Part shown: positions 36,680 through 46,150 of the stretch, piece after piece
Position numbering within the stretch: the first letter of the stretch is position 1
Layout of the letters: every line of letters begins with the position of its first letter
From: an uncultured Alkaliphilus sp.
GTDB taxonomy: Bacteria; Bacillota; Clostridia; Peptostreptococcales; Natronincolaceae
NCBI GenBank assembly: GCA_964403395.1
Contig: CAYOGD010000001.1
Coordinates: 1-54,853 of the forward strand
Reading direction: 5' to 3'
Length of the DNA stretch: 54,853 nucleotides
Translations under genes and position numbers: made by a program
Notes under the pieces: model-generated
Told to the model about the DNA's origin: nothing
What the model saw: only the letters and a program-made list of their open reading frames with translations
Database searches by the model: none

Positions 36680-37435
36680 ATGGATTGTAAAGACTTCCAA
36701 GCATATAGTTCGGCTTATATAGATAATATGCTTTCTGAGGAAGAAGAACTGGATTTTAAAAATCATATTGAAGAATGTATAACTTGCAATATTGCTTTTG
36801 AAAATCTAAAAACAGTTGTGGAAAGCACCAATATGATTAGAGAGATTGAACTTCCTGTAAACTTTTCCTATGAATTACACGAAAAACTTCAAGACGCAAA
36901 AAATTACAAATTAAAATCGGCCTTATTTAGCAGAGGTAAGATATTGAGCGGTATTGCAGCAACATTATTAATCCTTGTTCTCTCTCTATCCTTAGTAAAT
37001 AATTTTTTAAATTATAAGAAAGGAACTGAATTTTATTCCGGAACGGATGATATAATACCAAAAGAGGAAAATATCGATATAGCTGATACGCATGATGAGG
37101 TTAAAAGAAGAACTTCGGATAAAACGGATGAAGAGAAATCTATCATGGGTTTAAAAAACGCTCCCACAAACGATAATGAGGCGGGAAAAGATGCCTTGGA
37201 GGAATCACAGGAAGATGTTAAGGAATATAGCATGGGAAAGGCTGAAGAAGACACCGGCTTTATAGCAAGGTCAAACGGCGATGAAAAACCTGCTGCAAAT
37301 GAAAATGAACAAGACATCCCTGATGAGAGAAAATTAAATAGAATAATAAGTTCTATCGTTATATTGATTTTAATTTCAGGTATGGCATTTTTAGTGCATA
37401 AAATGATTAAAAATGATATCCGGTCTCAAAATTGA
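36680..37435 (+). CDS. Anti-sigma factor (zf-HC2 type) with two TM segments
   Basis: MDCKDFQAYSSAYIDNMLSEEEELDFKNHIEECITC matches the H-x3-C-x2-C zinc-binding anti-sigma domain. It is translationally coupled to the sigma gene. TM helices lie near residues 90-110 and at the C-terminus, with an acidic region between them. Confidence 0.7.
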   Translation: MDCKDFQAYSSAYIDNMLSEEEELDFKNHIEECITCNIAFENLKTVVESTNMIREIELPVNFSYELHEKLQDAKNYKLKSALFSRGKILSGIAATLLILVLSLSLVNNFLNYKKGTEFYSGTDDIIPKEENIDIADTHDEVKRRTSDKTDEEKSIMGLKNAPTNDNEAGKDALEESQEDVKEYSMGKAEEDTGFIARSNGDEKPAANENEQDIPDERKLNRIISSIVILILISGMAFLVHKMIKNDIRSQN

Positions 37436-37509
37436 TTTTACTAAATATGAAATAAATGTTAAAATGTTGATGTGAAATGAGATAATATGCAGAGAAGGGA
37501 GAATTACCC

Positions 37510-40212
37510 ATGGAGGAACGCATAATAATCATAGATGGAAATAGTTTAGTAAACAGGGCATTTTATGCTTTGCCGCCTTTGGCAACCAGTGATGGCATAC
37601 AAACAAATGCCATTTATGGATTTTTAACTATGCTGCTCAGGGTTATGGAAGATTATAATCCGGATTATATAGGGGTAGCCTTTGATAAAAGAGCACCGAC
37701 TTTTAGGCATAAAAAATTTGCTGATTATAAGGCGGGCAGAAAGAAAATGGCCCCGGAACTTGCTGCGCAAATAGGGCCATTGAAAGAAATATTAGATGCT
37801 TTCAATATATATAGAATAGAATTGGAAGGCTTCGAAGCGGACGATTTAATAGGGACCTTAGCTAAACATTTTGACAATGAAGGTATTGAAACTTTAATTG
37901 TGACCGGAGACAGGGACACACTTCAGTTGGTGACTGATTTTACAAAAATATTGTTTACTAAAAAGGGGATATCCCATCTTGAGATATACGATGATAAAAA
38001 AGTAATGGAAGAATATGAAGTTACACCTGAACAATTTATAGATTTAAAGGGATTGATGGGTGATAAATCTGATAATATACCCGGAATTCCCGGAGTTGGT
38101 GAGAAAACCGCTGTAAAACTTTTAAAACAGTTCGGAAACGTGGAAAATTTACTTCAAAACACGGAAAAGATTACAGGGGAAAAATTAAGGGAAAGGGTCG
38201 AACTCAATAGGGAAGATGCGGTTTTGAGCAAAAAGTTGGCTACTATAGTCACGGATGTACCTGTAAACATCGATGCGGATCAACTAAAAAAACAGGAAAT
38301 AAATTACAATAGATTGATAGAATTGTTTAAACGGTATGAATTTAACAGTCTTATTCCAAGGATTAAAAAAGATGTTGGACAAACAGAAGGTCCAAATGAA
38401 AACATAATCGCAACCGAAAATGATAGGGAAGAAAACATAGTTGAAATTACAGACATGGATGAATTGAAAATTATATTAAGCGAGGCAAAGGAACATGGGA
38501 GTATCACTTTAAAAACGATCACAGAGGGGAAAAACATTGTAACAGACAATATATTGCACCTGGCTATAACTATCAAGGGTGATATACAATACTATATAAA
38601 TTTTCAAAGCTTCAAAAAGAGCCGGCAGGAACTTATGGATGCTTTAAAAGAAATATTGGAAAGTGACAGCATCAAAAAAATAGGGCATGATCTAAAAAAA
38701 GAGATTATCCATTTTTATCCTTACAATATCAATATGCGTAATTTGTATTTTGATACTATGATAGGTGAATATTTAATTGATCCTGCAAGATCTAATTATA
38801 ATTTAAAAGATTTAGCATTACAGTATTTAGGAGAAAGTGTTGTTGATGAACGACATCTGACGGGTAAGGGGAGAAGTCAAATTTCTTTATGGGGAACATC
38901 TGACGATGAATCTAAAAAAATAATATGTGATTATGTCAGAATTACAAATAAAATATATCGTTTTATTAAAGAGGAACTGAAGAATTTGGATTTGGAAGGG
39001 CTTTACTATGATATAGAGTTGCCCCTGGCCGAGGTATTAGCATCTATGGAATTCCTTGGAATTAAGGTGGATAAGAATATATTATTAGATTTGGAAGTAG
39101 AATTTGGAGAAAAAATAGATCAATTGACCAAAGAAATTTATAATTTATCAGGTGCGGAATTCAATATAAACTCACCGAAACAAATGGGGGAGGTGCTCTT
39201 TGAAAAATTAGGATTACCACCTGTAAAAAAGACAAAGACGGGATATTCCACCGATGCGGAGGTGCTTGAAAAATTATACGATAAACATTATGTTATCCCT
39301 AAAATATTGGAATATAGACAAATTACAAAATTAAAATCCACATATGTAGACGGGTTGCTCAACATTATAAATCCGGTTACAAATCGTATACATTCCAATT
39401 TCAATCAAACAGTTGTAACCACAGGAAGAATATCCAGTACGGAACCCAACCTGCAAAATATACCCGTAAGGTTAGAAATAGGCAGAAGATTGCGCAAAGC
39501 GTTTATCTGTGATGATGGGTATTTATTTATCGATGCGGATTATTCTCAAATTGAGTTGAGGATACTTGCACATATCTCCGGTGATGAAAATTTAATAGAT
39601 GCTTTTATAAAGGACCAAGATATACATAAAAGGACTGCTTCGGAAATATTCGAAGTACCCATGGATAAGGTGACATCCGGTTTGAGAAACGATGCAAAAG
39701 CGGTTAATTTTGGTATTGTTTATGGAATAAGTGATTTTGGCCTATCTCGAAATTTAAACATACCGGTGCACAGGGCAAAGCAATATATAGACAGTTATTT
39801 CGAGAAGTACCCCTCTATAAAACTGTATATGGAGAATGTTGTCGAAGAGGCTAAGGAAAAGGGTTATGTTTCTACAATTTTTCATAGAAGAAGAAACCTG
39901 CCACAGTTAAAATCATCTAATTTTAATATTCGTAGTTTCGGAGAACGCATGGCTATGAATACTCCAATACAAGGAAGTGCCGCAGATATCATAAAAATTG
40001 CTATGGTTAAAATATACAAAACATTAAAGGAAAGAAATCTGAAAGCTAAACTGATTCTTCAGGTACATGATGAATTATTGATAGAATGTCCGGAAGATGA
40101 AAAGGAAACTGTAACTAAAATTTTACGGGAATCTATGGAGGATGCTGTTAAAATATCAGTACCTTTAAAAGTAGATATATCCTATGCCGATAATTGGTAT
40201 GATATAAATTAA
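37510..40212 (+). CDS. polA: DNA polymerase I
   Basis: The 5'-3' exonuclease N-terminus reads IIIDGNSLVNRAFYA. Polymerase motifs are DYSQIELRILAH, RRxAKAVNFGIVYG-like and QVHDELL. Length is 900 aa. Confidence 0.95.
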   Translation: MEERIIIIDGNSLVNRAFYALPPLATSDGIQTNAIYGFLTMLLRVMEDYNPDYIGVAFDKRAPTFRHKKFADYKAGRKKMAPELAAQIGPLKEILDAFNIYRIELEGFEADDLIGTLAKHFDNEGIETLIVTGDRDTLQLVTDFTKILFTKKGISHLEIYDDKKVMEEYEVTPEQFIDLKGLMGDKSDNIPGIPGVGEKTAVKLLKQFGNVENLLQNTEKITGEKLRERVELNREDAVLSKKLATIVTDVPVNIDADQLKKQEINYNRLIELFKRYEFNSLIPRIKKDVGQTEGPNENIIATENDREENIVEITDMDELKIILSEAKEHGSITLKTITEGKNIVTDNILHLAITIKGDIQYYINFQSFKKSRQELMDALKEILESDSIKKIGHDLKKEIIHFYPYNINMRNLYFDTMIGEYLIDPARSNYNLKDLALQYLGESVVDERHLTGKGRSQISLWGTSDDESKKIICDYVRITNKIYRFIKEELKNLDLEGLYYDIELPLAEVLASMEFLGIKVDKNILLDLEVEFGEKIDQLTKEIYNLSGAEFNINSPKQMGEVLFEKLGLPPVKKTKTGYSTDAEVLEKLYDKHYVIPKILEYRQITKLKSTYVDGLLNIINPVTNRIHSNFNQTVVTTGRISSTEPNLQNIPVRLEIGRRLRKAFICDDGYLFIDADYSQIELRILAHISGDENLIDAFIKDQDIHKRTASEIFEVPMDKVTSGLRNDAKAVNFGIVYGISDFGLSRNLNIPVHRAKQYIDSYFEKYPSIKLYMENVVEEAKEKGYVSTIFHRRRNLPQLKSSNFNIRSFGERMAMNTPIQGSAADIIKIAMVKIYKTLKERNLKAKLILQVHDELLIECPEDEKETVTKILRESMEDAVKISVPLKVDISYADNWYDIN

Positions 40213-40223
40213 GAGGTGGTTTT

Positions 40224-40823
40224 ATGGTGCGGGTCATAGGGCTTACGGGGGGAATAGCCAGTGGTAAAACTACAATATCAAATATATTAAAAGAGCTGGG
40301 TGCTATTATCATAGATGCGGATAAAATTGCCAGAAAGGTAGTAGAAAAAAGCAGCCCTGCATTAAAGGATATTGAAGAGAATTTTGGAAGGGATGTCTTA
40401 TTTAAGAACGGGAAGCTCGATCGTAAAAAACTTGGCAATATTGTTTTTAATGATACGGGGTCATTAAAAAAATTAAATGAGATTATACATCCCTATATTG
40501 TTGAAAAAATTATTGATGAAATAAATCACTATAAGAAAACATATAATAATCGTGTTATAATATTAGATGCAGCTTTATTGATCGAGCTGAATTTAATGGA
40601 TCTGGTTGAGGAAGTTTGGCTCATTGTTGTACCTGAAGAAATGCAACTTGGGCGCCTGGTTGAGAGGGATAATATCAGTGCGAACCAAGCTCAAAAACGC
40701 ATAGACGCACAAATACCCCTTGAGGATAAAAAGAAATATGCCGATTTAATTATAGACAATTCAAAAGATTTAACTTATCTGCAGGCACAGATAGAGGAAA
40801 ATTGGGAAAGAATAATTGAATGA
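40224..40823 (+). CDS. coaE: Dephospho-CoA kinase
   Basis: IGLTGGIASGKTT P-loop, about 199 aa, in the conserved position after polA. Confidence 0.9.
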   Translation: MVRVIGLTGGIASGKTTISNILKELGAIIIDADKIARKVVEKSSPALKDIEENFGRDVLFKNGKLDRKKLGNIVFNDTGSLKKLNEIIHPYIVEKIIDEINHYKKTYNNRVIILDAALLIELNLMDLVEEVWLIVVPEEMQLGRLVERDNISANQAQKRIDAQIPLEDKKKYADLIIDNSKDLTYLQAQIEENWERIIE

Positions 40824-40845
40824 TATTTTGAGGTGATTGTAGTTT

Positions 40846-41412
40846 ATGTTGGTTTTGCGTAAGGGATGTTTCAGATTTTTGATAATTATTCTGTTGCTGG
40901 TTGTTGTAGTTATTGCACTTCAAAATATAAGGTGGATTATACGGACAATCTATCCCGTTCATTATTATAGTTTGATCGAAAAATATGCTAAAAAATACGA
41001 AATAGATCCCTATCTGGTTGTAGCTATAATTAAAAATGAGAGCAGATTTAATCCCGATGCTGTTTCAAAAAAAGATGCGAGGGGCTTGATGCAAATAGCG
41101 CCTATCACAGGAGAATGGATTTCCGAGAAATTAGAAATATCAAATTATTCCGGGGATATGCTTTTTCAGCCGGAATTAAATATACAGTTCGGCATTTGGT
41201 ATTTAAATGTACTGAAGCATGAATTTGGTGACAATATCGAATTGATGATATCGGGATATAATGCGGGAAATGGGAATGTTAAAAAGTGGTTGGATGATCC
41301 GAGGTATAGCAGGGACGGGAAGACATTGTATAAAATCCCTTTTCACGAAACCAGGGTTTATAAAAAAAGGGTTTTGAGGGATTACAGGATATATACTAAA
41401 ATTTATAGATAA
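40846..41412 (+). CDS. Lytic transglycosylase (SLT domain) with N-terminal anchor
   Basis: IIKNESRFNPDAVSKKDARGLMQI...GYNAG, with the catalytic ES and the GLMQ and YNAG motifs of SLT family 1. Confidence 0.8.
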   Translation: MLVLRKGCFRFLIIILLLVVVVIALQNIRWIIRTIYPVHYYSLIEKYAKKYEIDPYLVVAIIKNESRFNPDAVSKKDARGLMQIAPITGEWISEKLEISNYSGDMLFQPELNIQFGIWYLNVLKHEFGDNIELMISGYNAGNGNVKKWLDDPRYSRDGKTLYKIPFHETRVYKKRVLRDYRIYTKIYR

Positions 41413-41451
41413 GATAAATTATATAAGCTTTATCATTGGAGGGGGTCTGGG

Positions 41452-43068
41452 GTGAATAGTTTAAAATATATTAGTATCATTTTGATAATATTATTACTGC
41501 TCATTTCTTGCAGTCCCGGTACGGATATAAATGATGAAGAGGGGGGAGAAGAGGCAGCAGAAAATCATAACCCGGCGGCTGGGGGAGAAATAACTATATC
41601 CACTACCAGATTCCAGACACTCAATCCGTTATTTAACAGGAACGAGGATCTATTTCAGGTTCATCATTTGATATATGAAGGATTAGTTACCTTTAAAGAG
41701 GATATGAGCATAGAACCATTGCTGGCCGAAAGTTGGAAATTTAACGAGATGAAGAGTATAGATTTTAAACTGAGGACGGGGGTTAAATGGCATGATGGAC
41801 AGCCCGTAACTGCGGATGATGTGGTTTTTACATTTAACGCAATAAAGGGAAATATAAGGGGCCTTAATAAGATTTCAATATACAGACAATCTTTAGAAAA
41901 CATAACAGGTGTTACTAAAATAGATGAAAATACTGTAAAAGTCGGTCTTTCGGATGATATGGCCAATATACTTGAAATCATGACATTTCCTATTTTGCCA
42001 AAGCATATTTTTCAAAATAATCAAGCGCAACTTTTAGAGCAGGAGGATTTAAATATTGTTGGAACAGGAATGTATAAAATAGAAGAATATGACAAGTCCA
42101 GGAAAATTTCCTTAGTTCGCAACAATAATTACTGGGGGGATAAACCCTATATAGAAGAAATCAATGTCCTCATTGTCCCGGATGAAGAAGCTCAATTATC
42201 CTTATTTGAAAATGGAGACATAGATTTTGTATATACCGATATTGCGGACTGGGGTAAATATACGGACGATAAGACAATAAGGCACGAAGAATTTGTTATA
42301 TCTGATTATGAATTTATAGGAGTTAATTTTAGAAAAGATATTTTAAATGACATAAATATCAGAAAGGCGATAGCTTATAGTATTGATAGAGAAAAAATTG
42401 TTAATAATATTTGTCTGGGACATGCAACAGTGGCTGATTATCCTGTTATGCCCAATTCCTGGCTCTATGACTATGAGAAAATTCAGCTGGGGCTCAATCC
42501 TGATTTAGCCTCTACCTTTTTAGGCAGGGCAGGTTATACACTGGAGGAAAACAGCAATTTTAGAACAAATGAAAAGGGTCAAACTATAAATCTTAAATTG
42601 ATCACTAATACAGGCAATTCGCTAAGAGATCAAATTGCCTTATTTATTCAAGATGATTTAAATAAGGTGGGCATACAATTAGAGATTGAATCTTTAGAAT
42701 GGGATGACCTTAAGGAACAGCTTGCTACCAGTAATTACGATCTGTTTTTAGGGGGTTGGGAGTTGTCCTATATACCGGATATTACAAATATGTTTCATTC
42801 ATCTGCAACAGACAGTACTAACTTTATCGCTTATAATGATGAGGAACTGGATACTTTATTGGATAGTTACTTGATCAGCAATAGCCTCACATTAAAGAAA
42901 CAGAGACTTGGCGATATAGAGGGACATATTGTTAAAGAATTGCCATATATCAGTTTGTTTTTTAAAAATGGTGCGGTAATAGTGAACAAAAAAATAAAGG
43001 GCGACTTAAAACCTCATAGTTATAATATGTTTTCAAACATCAATAATTGGTATATCAATACTAAATAA
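41452..43068 (+). CDS. Family-5 (peptide/nickel type) ABC substrate-binding lipoprotein, with no cognate permease or ATPase adjacent
   Basis: Lipobox LLISC, length about 538 aa, and motifs typical of SBP_bac_5 (VKWHDGQPVTADDVVFTF). The start codon is GTG. Confidence 0.8.
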   Translation: MNSLKYISIILIILLLLISCSPGTDINDEEGGEEAAENHNPAAGGEITISTTRFQTLNPLFNRNEDLFQVHHLIYEGLVTFKEDMSIEPLLAESWKFNEMKSIDFKLRTGVKWHDGQPVTADDVVFTFNAIKGNIRGLNKISIYRQSLENITGVTKIDENTVKVGLSDDMANILEIMTFPILPKHIFQNNQAQLLEQEDLNIVGTGMYKIEEYDKSRKISLVRNNNYWGDKPYIEEINVLIVPDEEAQLSLFENGDIDFVYTDIADWGKYTDDKTIRHEEFVISDYEFIGVNFRKDILNDINIRKAIAYSIDREKIVNNICLGHATVADYPVMPNSWLYDYEKIQLGLNPDLASTFLGRAGYTLEENSNFRTNEKGQTINLKLITNTGNSLRDQIALFIQDDLNKVGIQLEIESLEWDDLKEQLATSNYDLFLGGWELSYIPDITNMFHSSATDSTNFIAYNDEELDTLLDSYLISNSLTLKKQRLGDIEGHIVKELPYISLFFKNGAVIVNKKIKGDLKPHSYNMFSNINNWYINTK

Positions 43069-43209
43069 TACTAAATAATAAAATTTAATATATGCAGCAC
43101 CGAAGATATGCCTGTATATTAAGAACGATTTCGTGCATCTACTATAAAATAACAAATAAAAACATGGAAAAGATTACAACAATTTGACGTGTCTCGAAGG
43201 TGTAGCATA

Positions 43210-43238
43210 TTGACACCCGGAACAAAAAATATTATAAT
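43210..43238 (+). promoter_or_regulatory. Consensus sigma-A promoter for tRNA-Leu(GAG)
   Basis: TTGACA (43210-15), a 17-nt spacer, then TATAAT (43233-38). Confidence 0.7.
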
Positions 43239-43257
43239 AGATGAGGTAACCTGATTT

Positions 43258-43342
43258 GCGGATGTGGTGGAACGGCAGACACGCTATCTTGAGGGGGTAG
43301 TGCCTAATGGGCATGCGGGTTCAAATCCCGCCATCCGCACCA
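43258..43342 (+). tRNA. tRNA-Leu (anticodon GAG), long variable arm, CCA encoded
   Basis: GCGGATGTGGTGGAACGGCAGACACGCTATCTTGAGGGGGTAGTGCCTAATGGGCATGCGGGTTCAAATCCCGCCATCCGCACCA. The acceptor stem is GCGGATG with CATCCGC, and the anticodon loop is TTGAGGG. Confidence 0.9.
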
Positions 43343-43365
43343 AAAACATACAAATAAGGCAAGAG

Positions 43366-43409
43366 AAAAAGCAACTATTTATTTTAAACAAGACGGATAG
43401 TTGCTTTTA
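43366..43409 (+). terminator. Terminator after tRNA-Leu(GAG)
   Basis: AAGCAACTAT (43369-78) pairs with ATAGTTGCTT (43397-406), then TTT. The loop is long. Confidence 0.6.
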
Positions 43410-43628
43410 TATATTGTGTATAGCTGCGGCAACAATTTTGATATATTATAGTATTTTTATATCAACTATATCAACGGATAAAATTGAAGAAATAAGGTAT
43501 GGCAGGGGGATAGTTTACGGTATGGTGATGAAATTCGGAGAGTAAAAGATTATTGCATTTAATATCCTGACATATTAATGGTATAATATGTTTATATCAA
43601 ACTAAAGAAAAGTTGTGGAGGCTCGGAA

Positions 43629-45281
43629 ATGGAAACGAAAGAAACAATTTATATCGTAGGGCATAAAAGCCCTGATTCGGATTCAATATGTTCGGCTTTG
43701 GCCTATGCGGAGTATAAAAATATAAGCGGGGATGTTAATGCAATTCCTACAAGATTAGGAGAAATAAATAGGGAAACAAAATTTATTCTTGATTATTTTG
43801 GAGTGGAGGCTCCAATGCTTTTGGAAACTGTAAGGCTCAGTATTGAGGATTTAAATTTTGATAAGGTAGCACCCGTCAGCCCTGAGGTATCATTGCGCAT
43901 GGCTTTGGAATTGATGAAAAGAAACAGATTAAACAGCCTTCCTGTTATAAATGAAAATGAACAATTAGAGGGGATTGTAACCACATCAGATATAATAAAA
44001 TCATATATAGATATATGGGACAGCAACATTTTAGGCAGATCCGAGACATCTATAGAAAATATTATAGATACACTTTCAGCTGAAGTCGTTGTACTTCCAA
44101 ATAAGGCAAGGCCCTTTGCCGGGAAAGTTTTAGTATTAGCTATGGAACCTGAATCTATGAAAAAACATATAGAAGAGAATGACATAGTTATTTGTGGTGA
44201 TAGAAAAGATGCTCAAAAATTTGCTATCAACGGCAATGTTTCCTTGATGATAGTGACGGGAAATGCAAAAGTGGATGATGAAATCACAGAACTTGCCGAA
44301 AAAAAGGGTACTATTATTTTGTTTACTCCTCATGATACTTTTACAACAGCCAGGCTGATAACTCAATCCATACCCATAAAAAATGTGATGACGCAAGAGG
44401 ATTTAGTAACATTTACTTTTGATGATTTAGTGAGTAATGTAAGAGAGGAGATGTCTAAAACAAGATACAGATCTTATCCGGTGATAGACGTCAACAACAG
44501 GATAGTAGGATTGATATCCAGGTATCACTTAATCGCGAGTATAAAAAAGAAGGTCATCCTGGTGGACCATAATGAACGAAGCCAATCGGTGGATGGTTTA
44601 GAGGAATGTGAAATACTTGAAATAATTGATCATCATAGGATAGGGGATATATTCACAGGAAGTCCCATATATTTTAGAAATGAACCGGTAGGCAGCACTG
44701 CAACAATAATTGCCTCTATATTCTTTGAAAATGGGCAAAGGCCTTCCAGAAAAATGGCGGGTATATTGGCGGCAGCGATAATTTCCGATACTCTACTATT
44801 CAGATCTCCTACATCAACTAATACAGATAAAATTATGCTGAATAGGCTGGCAAAAATTGCTGATCTGGATGTAGAACAATTTGCTATGGAAATGTTCAAG
44901 GCCGGCACATCACTATCGGGTAAAACACCTCAGGAATTATTAAAGGAGGATTTTAAAACCTTTAATATAGAGGGAGAAAAAATAGGAATTGCTCAGGTAT
45001 ATACTATGGACCCGGACAGTTTGGAAGATATGAAGACTGATTTAATATCATTGATGGAGGAGAGGGCGGACAAACATGGATATTCTACATTTATGTTGAT
45101 GCTGACGGATATATTCAATGAGGTTTCGGAAATGATTGTAGTGGGACAAAACAAGGGATTGATTGCCGGGGCTTTTGGAAAGGAACTTTCAAACAGTTCG
45201 TTTTATGTACCGGGTGTACTTTCAAGAAAAAAGCAGGTTATCCCCTTAGTTACAAATGCTGTAACAAATGCTAATATATAG
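43629..45281 (+). CDS. CBS-domain-containing family II (DHH/DHHA2) inorganic pyrophosphatase
   Basis: The DHH N-terminus has GHKSPDSDS and VDHNE, with DHHRIG further on. A CBS pair plus a DRTGG-like insert is present (residues about 70-300). The DHHA2 C-terminus is present. Confidence 0.85.
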   Translation: METKETIYIVGHKSPDSDSICSALAYAEYKNISGDVNAIPTRLGEINRETKFILDYFGVEAPMLLETVRLSIEDLNFDKVAPVSPEVSLRMALELMKRNRLNSLPVINENEQLEGIVTTSDIIKSYIDIWDSNILGRSETSIENIIDTLSAEVVVLPNKARPFAGKVLVLAMEPESMKKHIEENDIVICGDRKDAQKFAINGNVSLMIVTGNAKVDDEITELAEKKGTIILFTPHDTFTTARLITQSIPIKNVMTQEDLVTFTFDDLVSNVREEMSKTRYRSYPVIDVNNRIVGLISRYHLIASIKKKVILVDHNERSQSVDGLEECEILEIIDHHRIGDIFTGSPIYFRNEPVGSTATIIASIFFENGQRPSRKMAGILAAAIISDTLLFRSPTSTNTDKIMLNRLAKIADLDVEQFAMEMFKAGTSLSGKTPQELLKEDFKTFNIEGEKIGIAQVYTMDPDSLEDMKTDLISLMEERADKHGYSTFMLMLTDIFNEVSEMIVVGQNKGLIAGAFGKELSNSSFYVPGVLSRKKQVIPLVTNAVTNANI

Positions 45282-45334
45282 TGCAAGTGTGCAAGTATAG
45301 TTTTTTTACATTTTTATCAATATAGTGTATCGTA

Positions 45335-45492
45335 GATGGATGGCAAGGGTGGATGGCAAGGGGACGCTTTGTTTGCCATCTAACATTGGGGAGATATTTT
45401 TAGGGAAATAGGAAGGAGATGGCAAACAAAGCGTCCCCTTGCCATATCCGGGAAATAGGAAGGAGATGGCAAACAAAGCGTCCCCTTGCCAT
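45335..45492. repeat. Composite repeat: one 29-bp element plus two inverted copies carried in a 46-bp-period tandem direct repeat
   Basis: Element A is ATGGCAAGGGGACGCTTTGTTTGCCATCT (45353-45381). Its exact reverse complement occurs at 45417-45445 and at 45463-45491. The direct repeat GGGAAATAGGAAGGAGATGGCAAACAAAGCGTCCCCTTGCCATA occurs at 45403-45446 and 45449-45492. A partial duplication, GGATGGCAAGGG, occurs twice at 45338-45362. Confidence 0.9.
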
Positions 45493-45523
45493 ATGTCATC
45501 TATAATGAGATGGAGGTGTTTTT

Positions 45524-46027
45524 ATGTCGCTTAAAATAATTCAGGGTGATATAACCAAGGTTGAAGTTGATGCAATAGTAAATGCGGCAAACAAGTCTTT
45601 GCTTGGCGGCGGAGGTGTGGATGGGGCGATTCATCGTGCTGCGGGGCCGGAATTACTTGAGGAATGTCGCACACTCGGAGGTTGTAAGGTTGGACAGGCT
45701 AAAATAACAAAGGGATATAATTTGCCTGCCAAATATGTAATTCACACGGTTGGGCCCGTATGGCACGGTGGCAAGAAAAATGAGGAAGAATTGCTTACCG
45801 ACTGTTATAGAAATTCACTTGCCTTGGCCAAGGAACATGGGTTAAAGAGCATAGCCTTTCCCTTGATATCCTCAGGGGTTTTCGGATATCCTAAAGATGA
45901 GGCCATAAGGGTTGCAATTTCTACTATAAAAGATTTTCTTTCAAAAAACGAAATGACTGTATTTATTGTTGTGCGCGGTGAACCGACATTCGAGTTGGCC
46001 GAGGAGATATTTTCATCTATTAAATAA
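45524..46027 (+). CDS. Macro-domain protein (O-acetyl-ADP-ribose deacetylase / ADP-ribose-binding, YmdB-like)
   Basis: [37 protein letters not shown]...ISSGVFGYP is the canonical macro-domain signature. Confidence 0.9.
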   Translation: MSLKIIQGDITKVEVDAIVNAANKSLLGGGGVDGAIHRAAGPELLEECRTLGGCKVGQAKITKGYNLPAKYVIHTVGPVWHGGKKNEEELLTDCYRNSLALAKEHGLKSIAFPLISSGVFGYPKDEAIRVAISTIKDFLSKNEMTVFIVVRGEPTFELAEEIFSSIK

Positions 46028-46079
46028 TGCGTTTGTTTTTTCTACGGCAGGATTAATGCTGTTCTATAGAGTGCAGGGC

Positions 46080-46108
46080 TTGAACTATTGTTAAAAACAG
46101 AATATAAT
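46080..46108 (+). promoter_or_regulatory. Sigma-A promoter upstream of the Moco gene cluster
   Basis: TTGAAC (46080-85), a 17-nt spacer, then TATAAT (46103-08). Confidence 0.6.
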
Positions 46109-46150
46109 ATAAGGGTAAAAAATACACGGGTTTTATCGTGAGGTGGTTGA

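Noticed and set aside
43059-43080. Tandem duplication ACTAAATAAT x2 at the stop codon of the solute-binding gene.
   Set aside because: It is a trivial 10-bp AT-rich duplication with no structural or coding consequence that I can see.
43264-43545. A 93-aa ORF beginning inside tRNA-Leu(GAG).
   Set aside because: Its first 80 nt are the tRNA itself, and it reads through the tRNA terminator. It has no RBS.
45353-45491. Resemblance of TGGCAA...TTGCCA to a sigma-54 -24/-12 promoter (TGGCAC-N5-TTGCA).
   Set aside because: The spacing between the TGGCA and TTGC elements is about 13 nt rather than 5. The element is a symmetric palindrome present in both orientations.
45408-45500. Small ORF MANKASPCHIREIGRRWQTKRPLAICHL starting at ATG 45418 within the repeat.
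   Set aside because: The apparent Shine-Dalgarno (AGGAAGGAG) abuts the ATG with essentially no spacer, and the peptide is just the translated repeat.
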